From: an uncultured Bacilli bacterium
GTDB taxonomy: Bacteria; Bacillota_I; Bacilli_A; RF39; UBA660
Length of the DNA: 44,724 nt
Assembly (NCBI GenBank): GCA_947627375.1
Contig: CANQVR010000002.1
Coordinates: forward strand, 1-44,724
Reading direction: 5' to 3'
In this document: positions 35,848 through 44,644 of the stretch, one piece after another
Numbering within the stretch: the first letter of the stretch is position 1
Layout: every line of letters starts with the position of its first letter
Made by a program: the position numbers and the translations under genes
Notes under the pieces: generated by a model
Told to the model about the DNA's origin: nothing
Seen by the model: only the letters and a program-made list of their open reading frames with translations
The model's database searches: none

Positions 35848-36334
35848 TACTTACACCTCCTTTATCAAACGGAAATGTTTGTTCTTCCCATAAAAATGGT
35901 GATTTAACAAGTGCATCGCTACTAACTGTAAGTGGACCATATTGACTTTCATACTTTTCCAACAATTCATTAGCGCGTCTTCTATAATCATTAAATAAAT
36001 TTAATGCTTTTTTATCTTCAGGATGTAAGTCTAAATAAAGATTTAATTCATGAGCAGCAAAATCATATTCACTAAGTTCTAAAAATAATTTTTGTCTTTC
36101 ATCTTTAGGTGTTAACTTATATGGTTTATAATTTTTATATGGAGTATATAAATCTTTAAATAAATTACCTTTTTCATATGCCTCTTTTGGTGCAAATAAC
36201 TCCATTCCTCCAACAGTTACTCTATCATCTGCACTTCTATCCATATTATAATTATCATAAGATGGTACATAAGAAGTATTATTGATATTACTTCTTAAGT
36301 TATTATAATTATCCAAATAGTTATAGTTATACAT
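35840..36334 (-). CDS. Fused CotJA-CotJB spore coat protein
   Basis: Start set at MYNYNY (GAAGGAGG RBS). The N-terminal part has a CotJA-like segment, FAPKEAYEKGNLFKDLYTPY. The C-terminal part has the CotJB signature YDFAAHELNLYLDLHPEDKKALNLFNDY...YESQYGPLT. Confidence 0.65.
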   Translation of the reverse strand: MYNYNYLDNYNNLRSNINNTSYVPSYDNYNMDRSADDRVTVGGMELFAPKEAYEKGNLFKDLYTPYKNYKPYKLTPKDERQKLFLELSEYDFAAHELNLYLDLHPEDKKALNLFNDYRRRANELLEKYESQYGPLTVSSDALVKSPFLWEEQTFPFDKGGVSNV

Positions 36335-36410
36335 AATAGCCTCCTTCATAATTAAAGTATTCTTTTAGGACTATCGTGTATAGATATTAACCTAGAATTT
36401 AAAAAAATTA

Positions 36411-36439
36411 TTGCATATTTACCTATTTCTTGATAAAAT
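36411..36439 (+). promoter_or_regulatory. Candidate sigma-A promoter for tRNA-His
   Basis: TTGCAT, 17-nt spacer, TAAAAT. The -10 element ends 18 nt before the tRNA 5' end. Confidence 0.5.
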
Positions 36440-36457
36440 ATATATGTATTTTCAAAT

Positions 36458-36534
36458 GGCGATATTGGTGAAGTGGTTAACACACTGGTTTGTGGCACCA
36501 GCATGCATCGGTTCGATCCCGATATATCGCCCCA
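36458..36534 (+). tRNA. tRNA-His (GUG)
   Basis: Cloverleaf readable by eye. Anticodon stem CTGGT/ACCAG with loop TTGTGGC (anticodon GTG). The 8-bp acceptor stem includes the His-specific G(-1):C73 pair. T-arm GGTTCGATCCC, and CCA is encoded. Confidence 0.9.
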
Positions 36535-36543
36535 TATTGAACT

Positions 36544-36570
36544 AAACCCTTTTTTATAAGGGTTTTTTTA
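36544..36570 (+). terminator. Rho-independent terminator after tRNA-His
   Basis: AAACCCT-TTTTTATA-AGGGTTT followed by a T-run. Confidence 0.7.
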
Positions 36571-36637
36571 TTTATAAAATTATTTCATTTTTAATTAAAT
36601 TATGTTATAATAATCCCTATCAAAGGAGGTTTTTACT

Positions 36638-37231
36638 ATGAATAAAGAATTAATCGAAACAAATAATAATCATGGTGCCGTTTTAGATGAAAATGGAAAT
36701 GTCAATTTAATCAAAAAAGAAAACGATTCATGTCAATTTGAAGAAATATTATCAAAAGAAAATGATTTAGAAAATTTAAAATCACAACTAGAAGATCATC
36801 AACATGACCTAAATTGGAATGAGATTAAAACAGGATTGGCTAAAATATATAATTTCTTAGCAATAGCGGTAGCTATTATCCCATTTGTTTTTTCTCCTAT
36901 ATCACTACCTACACTAGGAGTATCACTTTTTTTCTATTCTTGTATCAAAGTGGGATCTTTATGTGTGTGGGGTACAAAAAGAAGGAGAAATCGTGAAAAA
37001 CAGAAACTAACTTCTGACATTGAAACAAAGAAATTAGAAATATCTAACCTAGAAAAGGAATTAACTAAAGCAAAAGAAAAAGCTAAATATAAAGTCGAAA
37101 AACCAACTATTAATCAATCTAAAGAAGAAAATTATAGAAAAGAAAGTTCCCTTGAATTTTCAATACCAATAGACAATGATAACTCAAAGAAAAATAATAA
37201 AGTAAAAGTTTTAAGTTTATCAAAAAGATAA
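36638..37231 (+). CDS. Hypothetical membrane protein with coiled-coil flanks
   Basis: 197 aa, GGAGG RBS. Central hydrophobic hairpin (LAIAVAIIPFVF...LFFYSCIKVGSLCVWG) between charged helical segments. Confidence 0.55.
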   Translation: MNKELIETNNNHGAVLDENGNVNLIKKENDSCQFEEILSKENDLENLKSQLEDHQHDLNWNEIKTGLAKIYNFLAIAVAIIPFVFSPISLPTLGVSLFFYSCIKVGSLCVWGTKRRRNREKQKLTSDIETKKLEISNLEKELTKAKEKAKYKVEKPTINQSKEENYRKESSLEFSIPIDNDNSKKNNKVKVLSLSKR

Positions 37232-37262
37232 TAAAGTTGATGTCAACCCAAACGTAAAACAA

Positions 37263-37291
37263 TTGTCAAACAAATTTATATATGCTATAAT
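37263..37291 (+). promoter_or_regulatory. Sigma-A promoter for the proS leader
   Basis: TTGTCA, 17-nt spacer, TATAAT. Confidence 0.65.
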
Positions 37292-37297
37292 AATTTT

Positions 37298-37500
37298 GTA
37301 AATCTATGAAGAGGACACAATAGATAAATCTAGTATTCAAAGAGAGTTAGAGTTTGCTGAAATCTAACAATACTACTTACCTATTCCTACCTCGGAGTGA
37401 AATGCTAAATCATTTCCGGCTAAAACCGTTATTAAATTAAGTAAATTGAGGATGGTACCGTGCATAAGCACTCCTTTGGTATCATCTTTTATTATAGGAG
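37298..37500 (+). promoter_or_regulatory. T-box leader (Pro specifier) controlling proS
   Basis: AGAGA box (AAAGAGAG), candidate specifier CCT followed by A at 37386-37388, and T-box GAGGATGGTACCGTG. The terminator helix GATGGTACC...GGTATCATC is followed by TTTTATT. Confidence 0.8.
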
Positions 37501-37507
37501 GATTTTT

Positions 37508-38782
37508 ATGAAATTAAGTAAACTAAATATCAAAAAAATTAATCTAAATGATGTCGATGAGAACTATTCAGTTCAAGATATCTTATTAAAACTTGGCGAA
37601 CTATATCAATTTGAAAGTGGTCTATATGGTTATGGTAATCTGTGGATGAAACTAGAAAGAAAAATAGAAAATATAATTATCAGTGAACTTGATAAAGCTG
37701 ACTGTATTCATGTAGATTTTCCAAAATTACAACCAAAAAAAATATGGGATCAATCTAATAGATGGGATACATATACTAAAGATGCTGATATTATGTATAT
37801 AGTAGATAATAATTTAGGTACTTATGGCCTTGCTCCTACAGCTGAAGAATGCGCAACAATCTTTGGTTCTAATAGACTTCCATCTTATAAAAACTTACCT
37901 ACTATTTATTATCAAATAGGAGATAAATTTAGAAAAGAAATTAGAACTAGAGGATATTTATTTAGACCTCGTACTTTCATTATGATGGATGCCTACTCTT
38001 TTGATAAAAACGAAGAAGATATGCATAAAACTTTTTCTAAAATGCATGATGTATATTTAAATATCTTTAAAAGAATTGGTATTAATATAATCCCTGTCGT
38101 AAGTGATGGTGGCAACATGGGAGGAAGAGTATCCGAAGAGTTTCAAGCTATAACTGAACTTGGGGAAGATATAATTTTATATGATAAGAAACATAATGTT
38201 GGTTTAAATAAAAATGTTTTAGAATTTGATGATAAAGAAACTTTCATAAAAGCCTTCGGTGTTGAAAACATTAATGATTTAGAAGAATATAATTCAGTAG
38301 AACTTGGAAATAACTTTGAACTAGGTACTAAATACTCTTCTTCGATGAAACTTTATTATACTGATGAATCTGGAGAAAACAAACCTTATTACATGGGCTG
38401 TTATGGTATAGGTCTAGGTAGAATTATTGCTTGTATTTTAGAAAATAGTCTTATCAAAGAAAAAGATAAAATAAAAGGTTTCTCTCTTCCTTATAATATT
38501 GCTCCATACAAAATACAAATTATCTATAATGAAAAAAATATTACTGAAGCCCAAAAATTATATGAAACACTTCTAGATAGTAATATAGAAGCAATATTAG
38601 ATGATCGAGATAACTTAACTATTGGTAATAGAATAAATGATGTTTATGTTTTAGGTACTCCTAAGATGATTATTTTGGGAAATAAATTTGATGGTGAAAC
38701 TTATGAACTTGAAGATACTAAAACACATGAAGTAGAACAATTATCTTTAGAAGAATTAATAGACACTTTAAAAAGTCATTAG
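37508..38782 (+). CDS. proS: Proline--tRNA ligase, bacterial-type core without the INS editing domain
   Basis: Start moved to MKLSKLN (GGAGG RBS). Class II motifs (FRKEIRTRGYLFRPRTFIMMDAYSF, GCYGIGLGRI) and an anticodon-binding domain. Only about 45 aa lie between motifs 2 and 3, where bacterial ProRS normally has about 180. Confidence 0.85.
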   Translation: MKLSKLNIKKINLNDVDENYSVQDILLKLGELYQFESGLYGYGNLWMKLERKIENIIISELDKADCIHVDFPKLQPKKIWDQSNRWDTYTKDADIMYIVDNNLGTYGLAPTAEECATIFGSNRLPSYKNLPTIYYQIGDKFRKEIRTRGYLFRPRTFIMMDAYSFDKNEEDMHKTFSKMHDVYLNIFKRIGINIIPVVSDGGNMGGRVSEEFQAITELGEDIILYDKKHNVGLNKNVLEFDDKETFIKAFGVENINDLEEYNSVELGNNFELGTKYSSSMKLYYTDESGENKPYYMGCYGIGLGRIIACILENSLIKEKDKIKGFSLPYNIAPYKIQIIYNEKNITEAQKLYETLLDSNIEAILDDRDNLTIGNRINDVYVLGTPKMIILGNKFDGETYELEDTKTHEVEQLSLEELIDTLKSH

Positions 38783-38807
38783 TAAAAGAGAACTAATGAC
38801 TTTTTTA
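38774..38807 (+). terminator. Rho-independent terminator after proS
   Basis: AGTCATTAG-N10-CTAATGACT followed by T6. The stem overlaps the stop codon. Confidence 0.7.
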
Positions 38808-38971
38808 TTTATAACTAAACTAAAGTTTAAAGTAAAGAGTGAAATGTATTTTATATTAAATGGTGAGAAACTTTCCCTTTTATCTTCTTATAAGCTCCAT
38901 CTCCTTTCTACAATTTCATTATATAAAAGAAATACAGTTAAATTATAAAAAGATTATGGGAAATTATGTTA

Positions 38972-40756
38972 TTATTCTACTGTTACACTCTTTGCTAAAT
39001 TCTTAGGTTTGTCTATGTCACATCCACGAAGTACAGCAATTTCATACGCTAAAAGTTGAAGCCCTGGAACTACTAAAAGTGGTTGGACAAATTCACTTGT
39101 CGTAGATACGACAATTTTTAATTCCTCATAATTATCAAGTTTTTCAGTTGTTGCAATAATCACTTTAGCACCACGAGCAACTACCTCTAAAACATTAGCA
39201 TACGTTTTATCTTTAGTTAACTCATCAGTAATAATCGCTATAACTGGAGTACCTTCATCAATTAAAGAAATAGTTCCATGTTTTAATTCTCCAGCTTGGA
39301 ATGTTTCACTATGAATATAAGATATTTCCTTAATTTTTAAACTACCTTCCATACTCATAGAATAATCTATTCCACGTCCAATAAAGAAAACATCTTCGTG
39401 TTTATATATTTCTTTAGCAAGATTTTTATATAAATCACGTTTTTCTAGAACACTTTTAATTTGTCTAGGAATTTCTTTATAATCCTCAATTAAACTATTG
39501 TACTCATCATCAGTTAATAATCCTTTATTATGAGCTGTTTCACGAGCAAGCATTGTAAGTACCAAAGTTTGTAAAATATAAGCTTTAGTAGTAGCAACAG
39601 CAATCTCAGGTCCAGCTTTAATAAATAAAACATTATCTGCTTCATTAGCAATAGTAGAATACTCTGCATTGACAATAGCTAAAGTATCTATTCCTTCTTC
39701 TTTAACTTTATTCATAGCAGCGATAGTATCAGCAGTTTCCCCTGATTGAGAAATTAAAATAACTAAAGTTTTTCTCGTATATAATACTGTCTGATAACGA
39801 TATTCACTAGCAACTTCAACTGTAGTTGGAATATGAGCATATTTTTCTAATAAACTCTTCCCAACCATTCCTGCATACATCGCAGATCCACAAGCGACAA
39901 TATGAATTTCTTCATATTTAGATAAATCTAACTTTTCTAATTTATCTTGATAATAATTAATTAAGTTTTCAACAACTATAGGTTCTTCCATCATTTCTTT
40001 CAACATGTAATGTGGATAACCATTCTTACCTGCTTCTTCTTTTAAGTAAGTTGTCTCTTTAACTTCTTTAGAGACAATCGCACCATCTTCAGCATATATT
40101 TTAACATCATGTGCTGTAAGTTCTGCTACTTCATAAGTATCAAGTAACATATATTTATTTGTATAGTCAAGTATAGCCGGAATATCTGAAGCCATAACTA
40201 CTTCATCTTTGCCAATTCCAATAATAAACGGACTATCTTTACGAGTTGCATAAAGTTTATTGCTCTCACCATCTATCATAATCACAAGAGCAAAACTACC
40301 TGTTAGTTGTTTAACTGCATCTCTGATCGCAATGACAGGATCTTTTGCTTTTAACTCTTTATCGATTAAAGCTGCGATAACTTCAGTATCAGTTTCAGAT
40401 TGAAAATCATATTCCTTACTTAAGCTTTCTTTTAATGCATTAGCATTTTCAATTATTCCATTATGAACAAGCGTAACACGTCCCACATTATGAGGATGTG
40501 CATTTTCATCCATAACTCCTCCATTAGTAGCCCATCTAGTATGTGCAATACCATAAGTCGCATCAATTAACTCCATAGAAGAAAGTTTCTCCTCAAGTTC
40601 CTTAACACGCCCTACTTTCTTCACTATTTGTAAAGTATTACCATCACTTAAAGCTACTCCCGCAGAATCATATCCACGATACTCTAACGTGGTAAGACCA
40701 CCAGTCAAAACCTCACTTACTCTTCTTTTTCCTAAATATCCAACAATTCCACACAT
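38972..40756 (-). CDS. glmS: Glutamine--fructose-6-phosphate aminotransferase (isomerizing)
   Basis: Start moved to MCGIVGY (Cys2 nucleophile, AGGAGG RBS). Two SIS domains, and a C-terminal KPKNLAKSVTVE. Confidence 0.95.
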   Translation of the reverse strand: MCGIVGYLGKRRVSEVLTGGLTTLEYRGYDSAGVALSDGNTLQIVKKVGRVKELEEKLSSMELIDATYGIAHTRWATNGGVMDENAHPHNVGRVTLVHNGIIENANALKESLSKEYDFQSETDTEVIAALIDKELKAKDPVIAIRDAVKQLTGSFALVIMIDGESNKLYATRKDSPFIIGIGKDEVVMASDIPAILDYTNKYMLLDTYEVAELTAHDVKIYAEDGAIVSKEVKETTYLKEEAGKNGYPHYMLKEMMEEPIVVENLINYYQDKLEKLDLSKYEEIHIVACGSAMYAGMVGKSLLEKYAHIPTTVEVASEYRYQTVLYTRKTLVILISQSGETADTIAAMNKVKEEGIDTLAIVNAEYSTIANEADNVLFIKAGPEIAVATTKAYILQTLVLTMLARETAHNKGLLTDDEYNSLIEDYKEIPRQIKSVLEKRDLYKNLAKEIYKHEDVFFIGRGIDYSMSMEGSLKIKEISYIHSETFQAGELKHGTISLIDEGTPVIAIITDELTKDKTYANVLEVVARGAKVIIATTEKLDNYEELKIVVSTTSEFVQPLLVVPGLQLLAYEIAVLRGCDIDKPKNLAKSVTVE

Positions 40757-40766
40757 ATTTTTCCTC

Positions 40767-41171
40767 CTACTCATTTATATTGTATGTAATTTTATATAGA
40801 AAGGAATTTAAAACAACTCCTATTAATGAACATGACAAAATAACAAAATTTGCATTACAATATTCCATACTAATTTCATCTAAAAGATATCTTTTAAAAT
40901 CCACTGCATCATATATCTTATAACACACTAGTAAAAAATATAAAGTAATTACTATAATCAATATATTATATATGGGAAGTTTTGTAAGTTCCTTGTTCTC
41001 TGGTAGGTAGAAATAAAGTCTAACCATTAGAAATATTGTCAAAGAAATAATTAATATAACCCCCTGCCAAGACGATTTAAATATCAAAGGTAATAATTCT
41101 ATTACTGCAAGAAGAATTATTAAAATACATATCTGCCCAGTATAATATAAATATTTTCGGAAATTACTCAT
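40767..41171 (-). CDS. Small polytopic membrane protein (hypothetical)
   Basis: 134 aa, 4 predicted TM helices. It overlaps the upstream AAA+ gene by 8 nt and ends 10 nt before glmS. Confidence 0.55.
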   Translation of the reverse strand: MSNFRKYLYYTGQICILIILLAVIELLPLIFKSSWQGVILIISLTIFLMVRLYFYLPENKELTKLPIYNILIIVITLYFLLVCYKIYDAVDFKRYLLDEISMEYCNANFVILSCSLIGVVLNSFLYKITYNINE

Positions 41172-42105
41172 ACCTATCCTTTTTAACTACTTTAGTTTGT
41201 TCAATCTCATCTTTAAACACTTGATCAAATCTAGGCAACTCCTTTTCAATTACGTCTTGATATACATTTTTAGTATTTTCTATCGCACGTCTTACATCCA
41301 TAATATTTACTACATCTCTGTTATCAAAAGAGGCATAAGAAAATGATTCTTGCATAAGTGTTAAAACAATATCTGGATAACGTGATCCTATTTCATATAT
41401 TCTTCTAAATTCACTAGTAAGATCCGTTAAAAATTCAGCAATCTTTTGTCTAACAAAAGGTCCATATTTCATTTTAACACCAGTTCTTTTCTCTATTTTA
41501 GGAATAGTTCCCATAACTATTTTAATAGTTTCACTTCTATTAGGTTCACTAACATCTACTCTTTGAAAACGTCTAGTAAAAGCCTTATCTCTTAAAATAT
41601 ATCTTTCATATTCTTCACTAGTTGTCGCTCCAATAACTTTAATATCACCACGATCAAGTCCCGGTTTAAACATATTCGCAAAATCTAGTGCTTCTCCCTT
41701 AGAACCCATCAAAGTATGAATCTCATCTATAAAAAGTATTAAATTATTATACTGTTTAAGTTCGTCAATTAAGTTTTGAATCTTAGATTCTCCTGTTACT
41801 GGATCGATACCAAGAAGTGCAGAAGTATTAATTTTAATAACTCTATAATCCTTTAAAGCATTAGGAATATTACCAATCTGAATACGATAAGCAATACCTT
41901 CGACTATTGCCGTTTTACCAACACCAGGTTTTCCTGTTAAAATAACTGATTTATCAGGAGTAAGAAGTACAAGTACAGCATCTTTAATCTCTTTTTCTCT
42001 ACCTATCGCTGGATTAGTAACAAACTCTTTTTGAGTAAAGTCTTCTCCATAAGTATCTAAAATACTAATACGCTTTTTTCTAATATCAAATTTCTCTTCT
42101 TCCAT
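41164..42105 (-). CDS. Stand-alone AAA+ ATPase resembling the D1 module of ClpA/ClpB/ClpC
   Basis: Start set at MEEEKFD (GGAGGAGG RBS). GREKEIKDAVLVLLTPDKSVILTGKPGVGKTAIVEGIAYRI, Walker B LILFIDEIHTL, and sensor/arginine region GATTSEEYERYILRDKAFTRRFQRV. It has no N-domain, no D2 module and no ClpP loop. Confidence 0.7.
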   Translation of the reverse strand: MEEEKFDIRKKRISILDTYGEDFTQKEFVTNPAIGREKEIKDAVLVLLTPDKSVILTGKPGVGKTAIVEGIAYRIQIGNIPNALKDYRVIKINTSALLGIDPVTGESKIQNLIDELKQYNNLILFIDEIHTLMGSKGEALDFANMFKPGLDRGDIKVIGATTSEEYERYILRDKAFTRRFQRVDVSEPNRSETIKIVMGTIPKIEKRTGVKMKYGPFVRQKIAEFLTDLTSEFRRIYEIGSRYPDIVLTLMQESFSYASFDNRDVVNIMDVRRAIENTKNVYQDVIEKELPRFDQVFKDEIEQTKVVKKDRYE

Positions 42106-42195
42106 TTGTGCCTCCTCCCTATTAATATTATAACACAAAAAAATATAGAAAAAACAAATTTAACTTAGAAACTTATTTTTTCTATAATAATTATT

Positions 42196-43017
42196 TTAAT
42201 AATTTCCATATTGATATAATGGATTATCTATAGTTATTTTACAATTTTCATTAACTATATATATTTTTACTCTACCAAAGTCCGCTGTTTCTATTTCAGC
42301 TGTTGTTCCTTGATCCATATAGGAATAAATATAATATGTAAGTCCTCCAAACTTTTTAGGATTAAGTTTTCCTTTTGCATTTTTAGCTACCGGCTTGACA
42401 TGTAAATCATAGACTCGCCAACTTGAGATTTTAGGATCTAAGTTAGCATAATTACGATTAGGACTTCCTTCAACTACAATTATACTATCCGTATATTTCC
42501 ATGCTCCTTTGCCACTTATAATATTAGTATTATTCATAAAAAAGGCCTCTTCAAATTCTATTTCATTTTTAAAACTATAAATTCCATACTTATTAATCAT
42601 CCAAGTAGTATCACTTCCACGAGATACTTCAATATGACAGTGAACTCCTGATGCATTACCTTTATTACCCATATTTCCAAGTTGTGCACCTTGTTCTACA
42701 ATTTGCCCTACAAAAGAATCAAGTGAATTATCATGAGCAGTCATAAAAGTTACATAGTCGATTGTTCCATCAGCATACCTTACTTTATCAACCGACTGCC
42801 ACATTACTTGACCCGATTCAGGATAAACTTTAACACAACGTACTTTACATGGAGCATAATAAGGATATCTAACACCTATTTGTAAACCTCGCACATCCAT
42901 AGCTTTAGTACCCTTATGACTTACACTTCCGCCACTACCTTGGGTAATAAACATATCTGTAAAAGGACATAATAAATCTTCAATTCCTCCTCTTACACTT
43001 TTTTCTCCTTTAAGCAT
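42196..43017 (-). CDS. Phage-type endolysin: M23 peptidase domain plus a C-terminal SH3-like binding domain
   Basis: No signal peptide. SHKGTKAMDV and GNASGVHCHIEV M23 motifs. The start overlaps the holin stop (TAATG). Confidence 0.7.
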   Translation of the reverse strand: MLKGEKSVRGGIEDLLCPFTDMFITQGSGGSVSHKGTKAMDVRGLQIGVRYPYYAPCKVRCVKVYPESGQVMWQSVDKVRYADGTIDYVTFMTAHDNSLDSFVGQIVEQGAQLGNMGNKGNASGVHCHIEVSRGSDTTWMINKYGIYSFKNEIEFEEAFFMNNTNIISGKGAWKYTDSIIVVEGSPNRNYANLDPKISSWRVYDLHVKPVAKNAKGKLNPKKFGGLTYYIYSYMDQGTTAEIETADFGRVKIYIVNENCKITIDNPLYQYGNY

Positions 43018-43232
43018 TATACCGTCTCCTCTTTCATATTCATAACTGCACTGATACCCGCAGCCACACTAGATGCAAAAAGTCCATAAAGCATCGTGCC
43101 AATTACTTCTTTAGAAGATGAAAAATCAACAGTGGGAATCATTGCTACCACCGAACCTAAAAAAGCCATTATAAATGTACGCAAAGCATTAACTAAATAT
43201 CCCTTTATTCTTTCCATATTCATTTTCATCAC
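43017..43232 (-). CDS. Phage holin-like small membrane protein
   Basis: 71 aa with two TM helices and a charged C-terminus (MKEETV). Translationally coupled to the endolysin. Confidence 0.6.
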   Translation of the reverse strand: MMKMNMERIKGYLVNALRTFIMAFLGSVVAMIPTVDFSSSKEVIGTMLYGLFASSVAAGISAVMNMKEETV

Positions 43233-43351
43233 TCCTATTATAATATAAGTAACAAAAACAAAATAATGTAGTAAACAACACTAAAAATTAAAAAAAATGT
43301 CTTTTTTTGTAATTTAATCTAAAAATAGGAATAATTTTTCAAATTATTTTC

Positions 43352-43386
43352 TACGCATATACGTAAGTATTACGTGTATATGCGTA
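43352..43386. promoter_or_regulatory. Long near-perfect palindrome; candidate operator in the holin / XRE divergent region
   Basis: TACGCATATAC (43352-43362), N13, GTATATGCGTA (43376-43386), with an inner ACGTA...TACGT sub-palindrome. Confidence 0.5.
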
Positions 43387-43439
43387 AATTTAATTCTTCA
43401 TTTTTTGATAAAATTATACATATTAAGAGGTGATGAACA

Positions 43440-43685
43440 ATGATTAAATTTCAAAAAGCAGTTAGTATGCGCATCTATGAATTATGTGATAAATATAACT
43501 ATACACCTAATGGTCTTGCTGAACGCTCTAACATTCCACCATCTACATTACAAAATATAACTAGTTGCAGAAATATAAATCCAAGTTCTTATGTAATATT
43601 TCAAATATGTATTACTTTAAAAATTTCTATTCGTGATTTTTTTGATAGTGAATTATTTGATCCTAAAAATATTACTTATCAATAA
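43440..43685 (+). CDS. XRE-family HTH regulator (phage repressor-like)
   Basis: 81 aa. MRIYELCDKYNYTPNGLAERSNIPPSTLQNI fits the HTH_3 pattern. Confidence 0.65.
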   Translation: MIKFQKAVSMRIYELCDKYNYTPNGLAERSNIPPSTLQNITSCRNINPSSYVIFQICITLKISIRDFFDSELFDPKNITYQ

Positions 43686-43690
43686 TCAAA

Positions 43691-43719
43691 ATAAGATTCA
43701 AAACTGAATCTTATTTTTT
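43691..43719. terminator. Bidirectional rho-independent terminator
   Basis: ATAAGATTCA-AAAC-TGAATCTTAT flanked by an A-run and a T-run, between convergent genes. Confidence 0.65.
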
Positions 43720-43741
43720 AATTAATAACAAGAATTATAAT

Positions 43742-44644
43742 TTATTTAAGTGATAATATTTTATTTTCTGAAAGTCCTGTTACTTTACTTATAAAAGAAA
43801 TATCCATTTTTTCTTTTAGTAAGTTTTTCGCAATTGATGTTTTTTCTTTGTTCATACCTTTATTCATACCTTCAAGTCTTATACTCGCATCTCTATCTCT
43901 CATGTAATGTCTTTCTATCTCTTCATGTTCTTCTAATGTTATTAATCCTTCTTCTAAAATACCTTTTAAATCTTCTCTATATTTTTTCATTATTTTATCG
44001 CCTCCTATTATTTTTTCTATTTCTTTTTCTTCCTCTTCATTCATTACAAGCATAAATCTATCTAATCTACTTAACTTGTCTATATTATATCTTACTTTTC
44101 TGATATTTGGAAGAAAAATATGATATACTTCACATATGTCTGTTAAATAATGAAATTTATCTTTATCTATATTTGATAATCTATATTTTATCATCTTTTC
44201 ATTTATCCCTTTAAATATATAATTATCTATATTTATTAATCTTACTTTCTTATAATTATATCCTTCTCCTTTTTTCCTTATATTAGTAAATACTTTAAAT
44301 AAATATTCTATATTTCTAATTAATCTATTTACATCAGGAAATCTATTCATTTCTATTAATACTAGATATTCTCCAACTAAACATAATAAATCTACTGTTT
44401 TAGTTGTTTCTTTTATTTTATCTTTATTTAATTTATTATTTAGAAATATTATATTATTAAATACATAATTAAAATTTAAATCTAATGTTTCAGATATAAT
44501 TAATGAAGCATATTCTTTTTTATTTTCATTATTAATCATGATATTAAAGACATCATCTACAACTGTAGGCATAAAGTTGCTATTAGGATTAACTTTATAA
44601 TAGTATTTATTGCTTTCAATCGGCTTTGTATTATATAAGTACAT
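43742..44644 (-). CDS. Rpn-family (PD-(D/E)xK) recombination-promoting nuclease / putative transposase-like
   Basis: VDLLCLVGEYLVLIEMNRF resembles the D...E.Q/N nuclease core. The C-terminal tail SIAKNLLKEKMDISFISKVTGLSENKILSLK is typical of that family. Called from memory of the family. Confidence 0.45.
   Translation of the reverse strand: MYLYNTKPIESNKYYYKVNPNSNFMPTVVDDVFNIMINNENKKEYASLIISETLDLNFNYVFNNIIFLNNKLNKDKIKETTKTVDLLCLVGEYLVLIEMNRFPDVNRLIRNIEYLFKVFTNIRKKGEGYNYKKVRLINIDNYIFKGINEKMIKYRLSNIDKDKFHYLTDICEVYHIFLPNIRKVRYNIDKLSRLDRFMLVMNEEEEKEIEKIIGGDKIMKKYREDLKGILEEGLITLEEHEEIERHYMRDRDASIRLEGMNKGMNKEKTSIAKNLLKEKMDISFISKVTGLSENKILSLK

Noticed and set aside
40757-40790. glmS ribozyme upstream of glmS; N-terminal extension MSRRKN of the track ORF
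   Set aside because: The region is occupied by the end of the upstream membrane ORF. glmS must start at MCGIVGY (Cys2 nucleophile) with its own AGGAGG RBS, which leaves only 10 nt of spacer.
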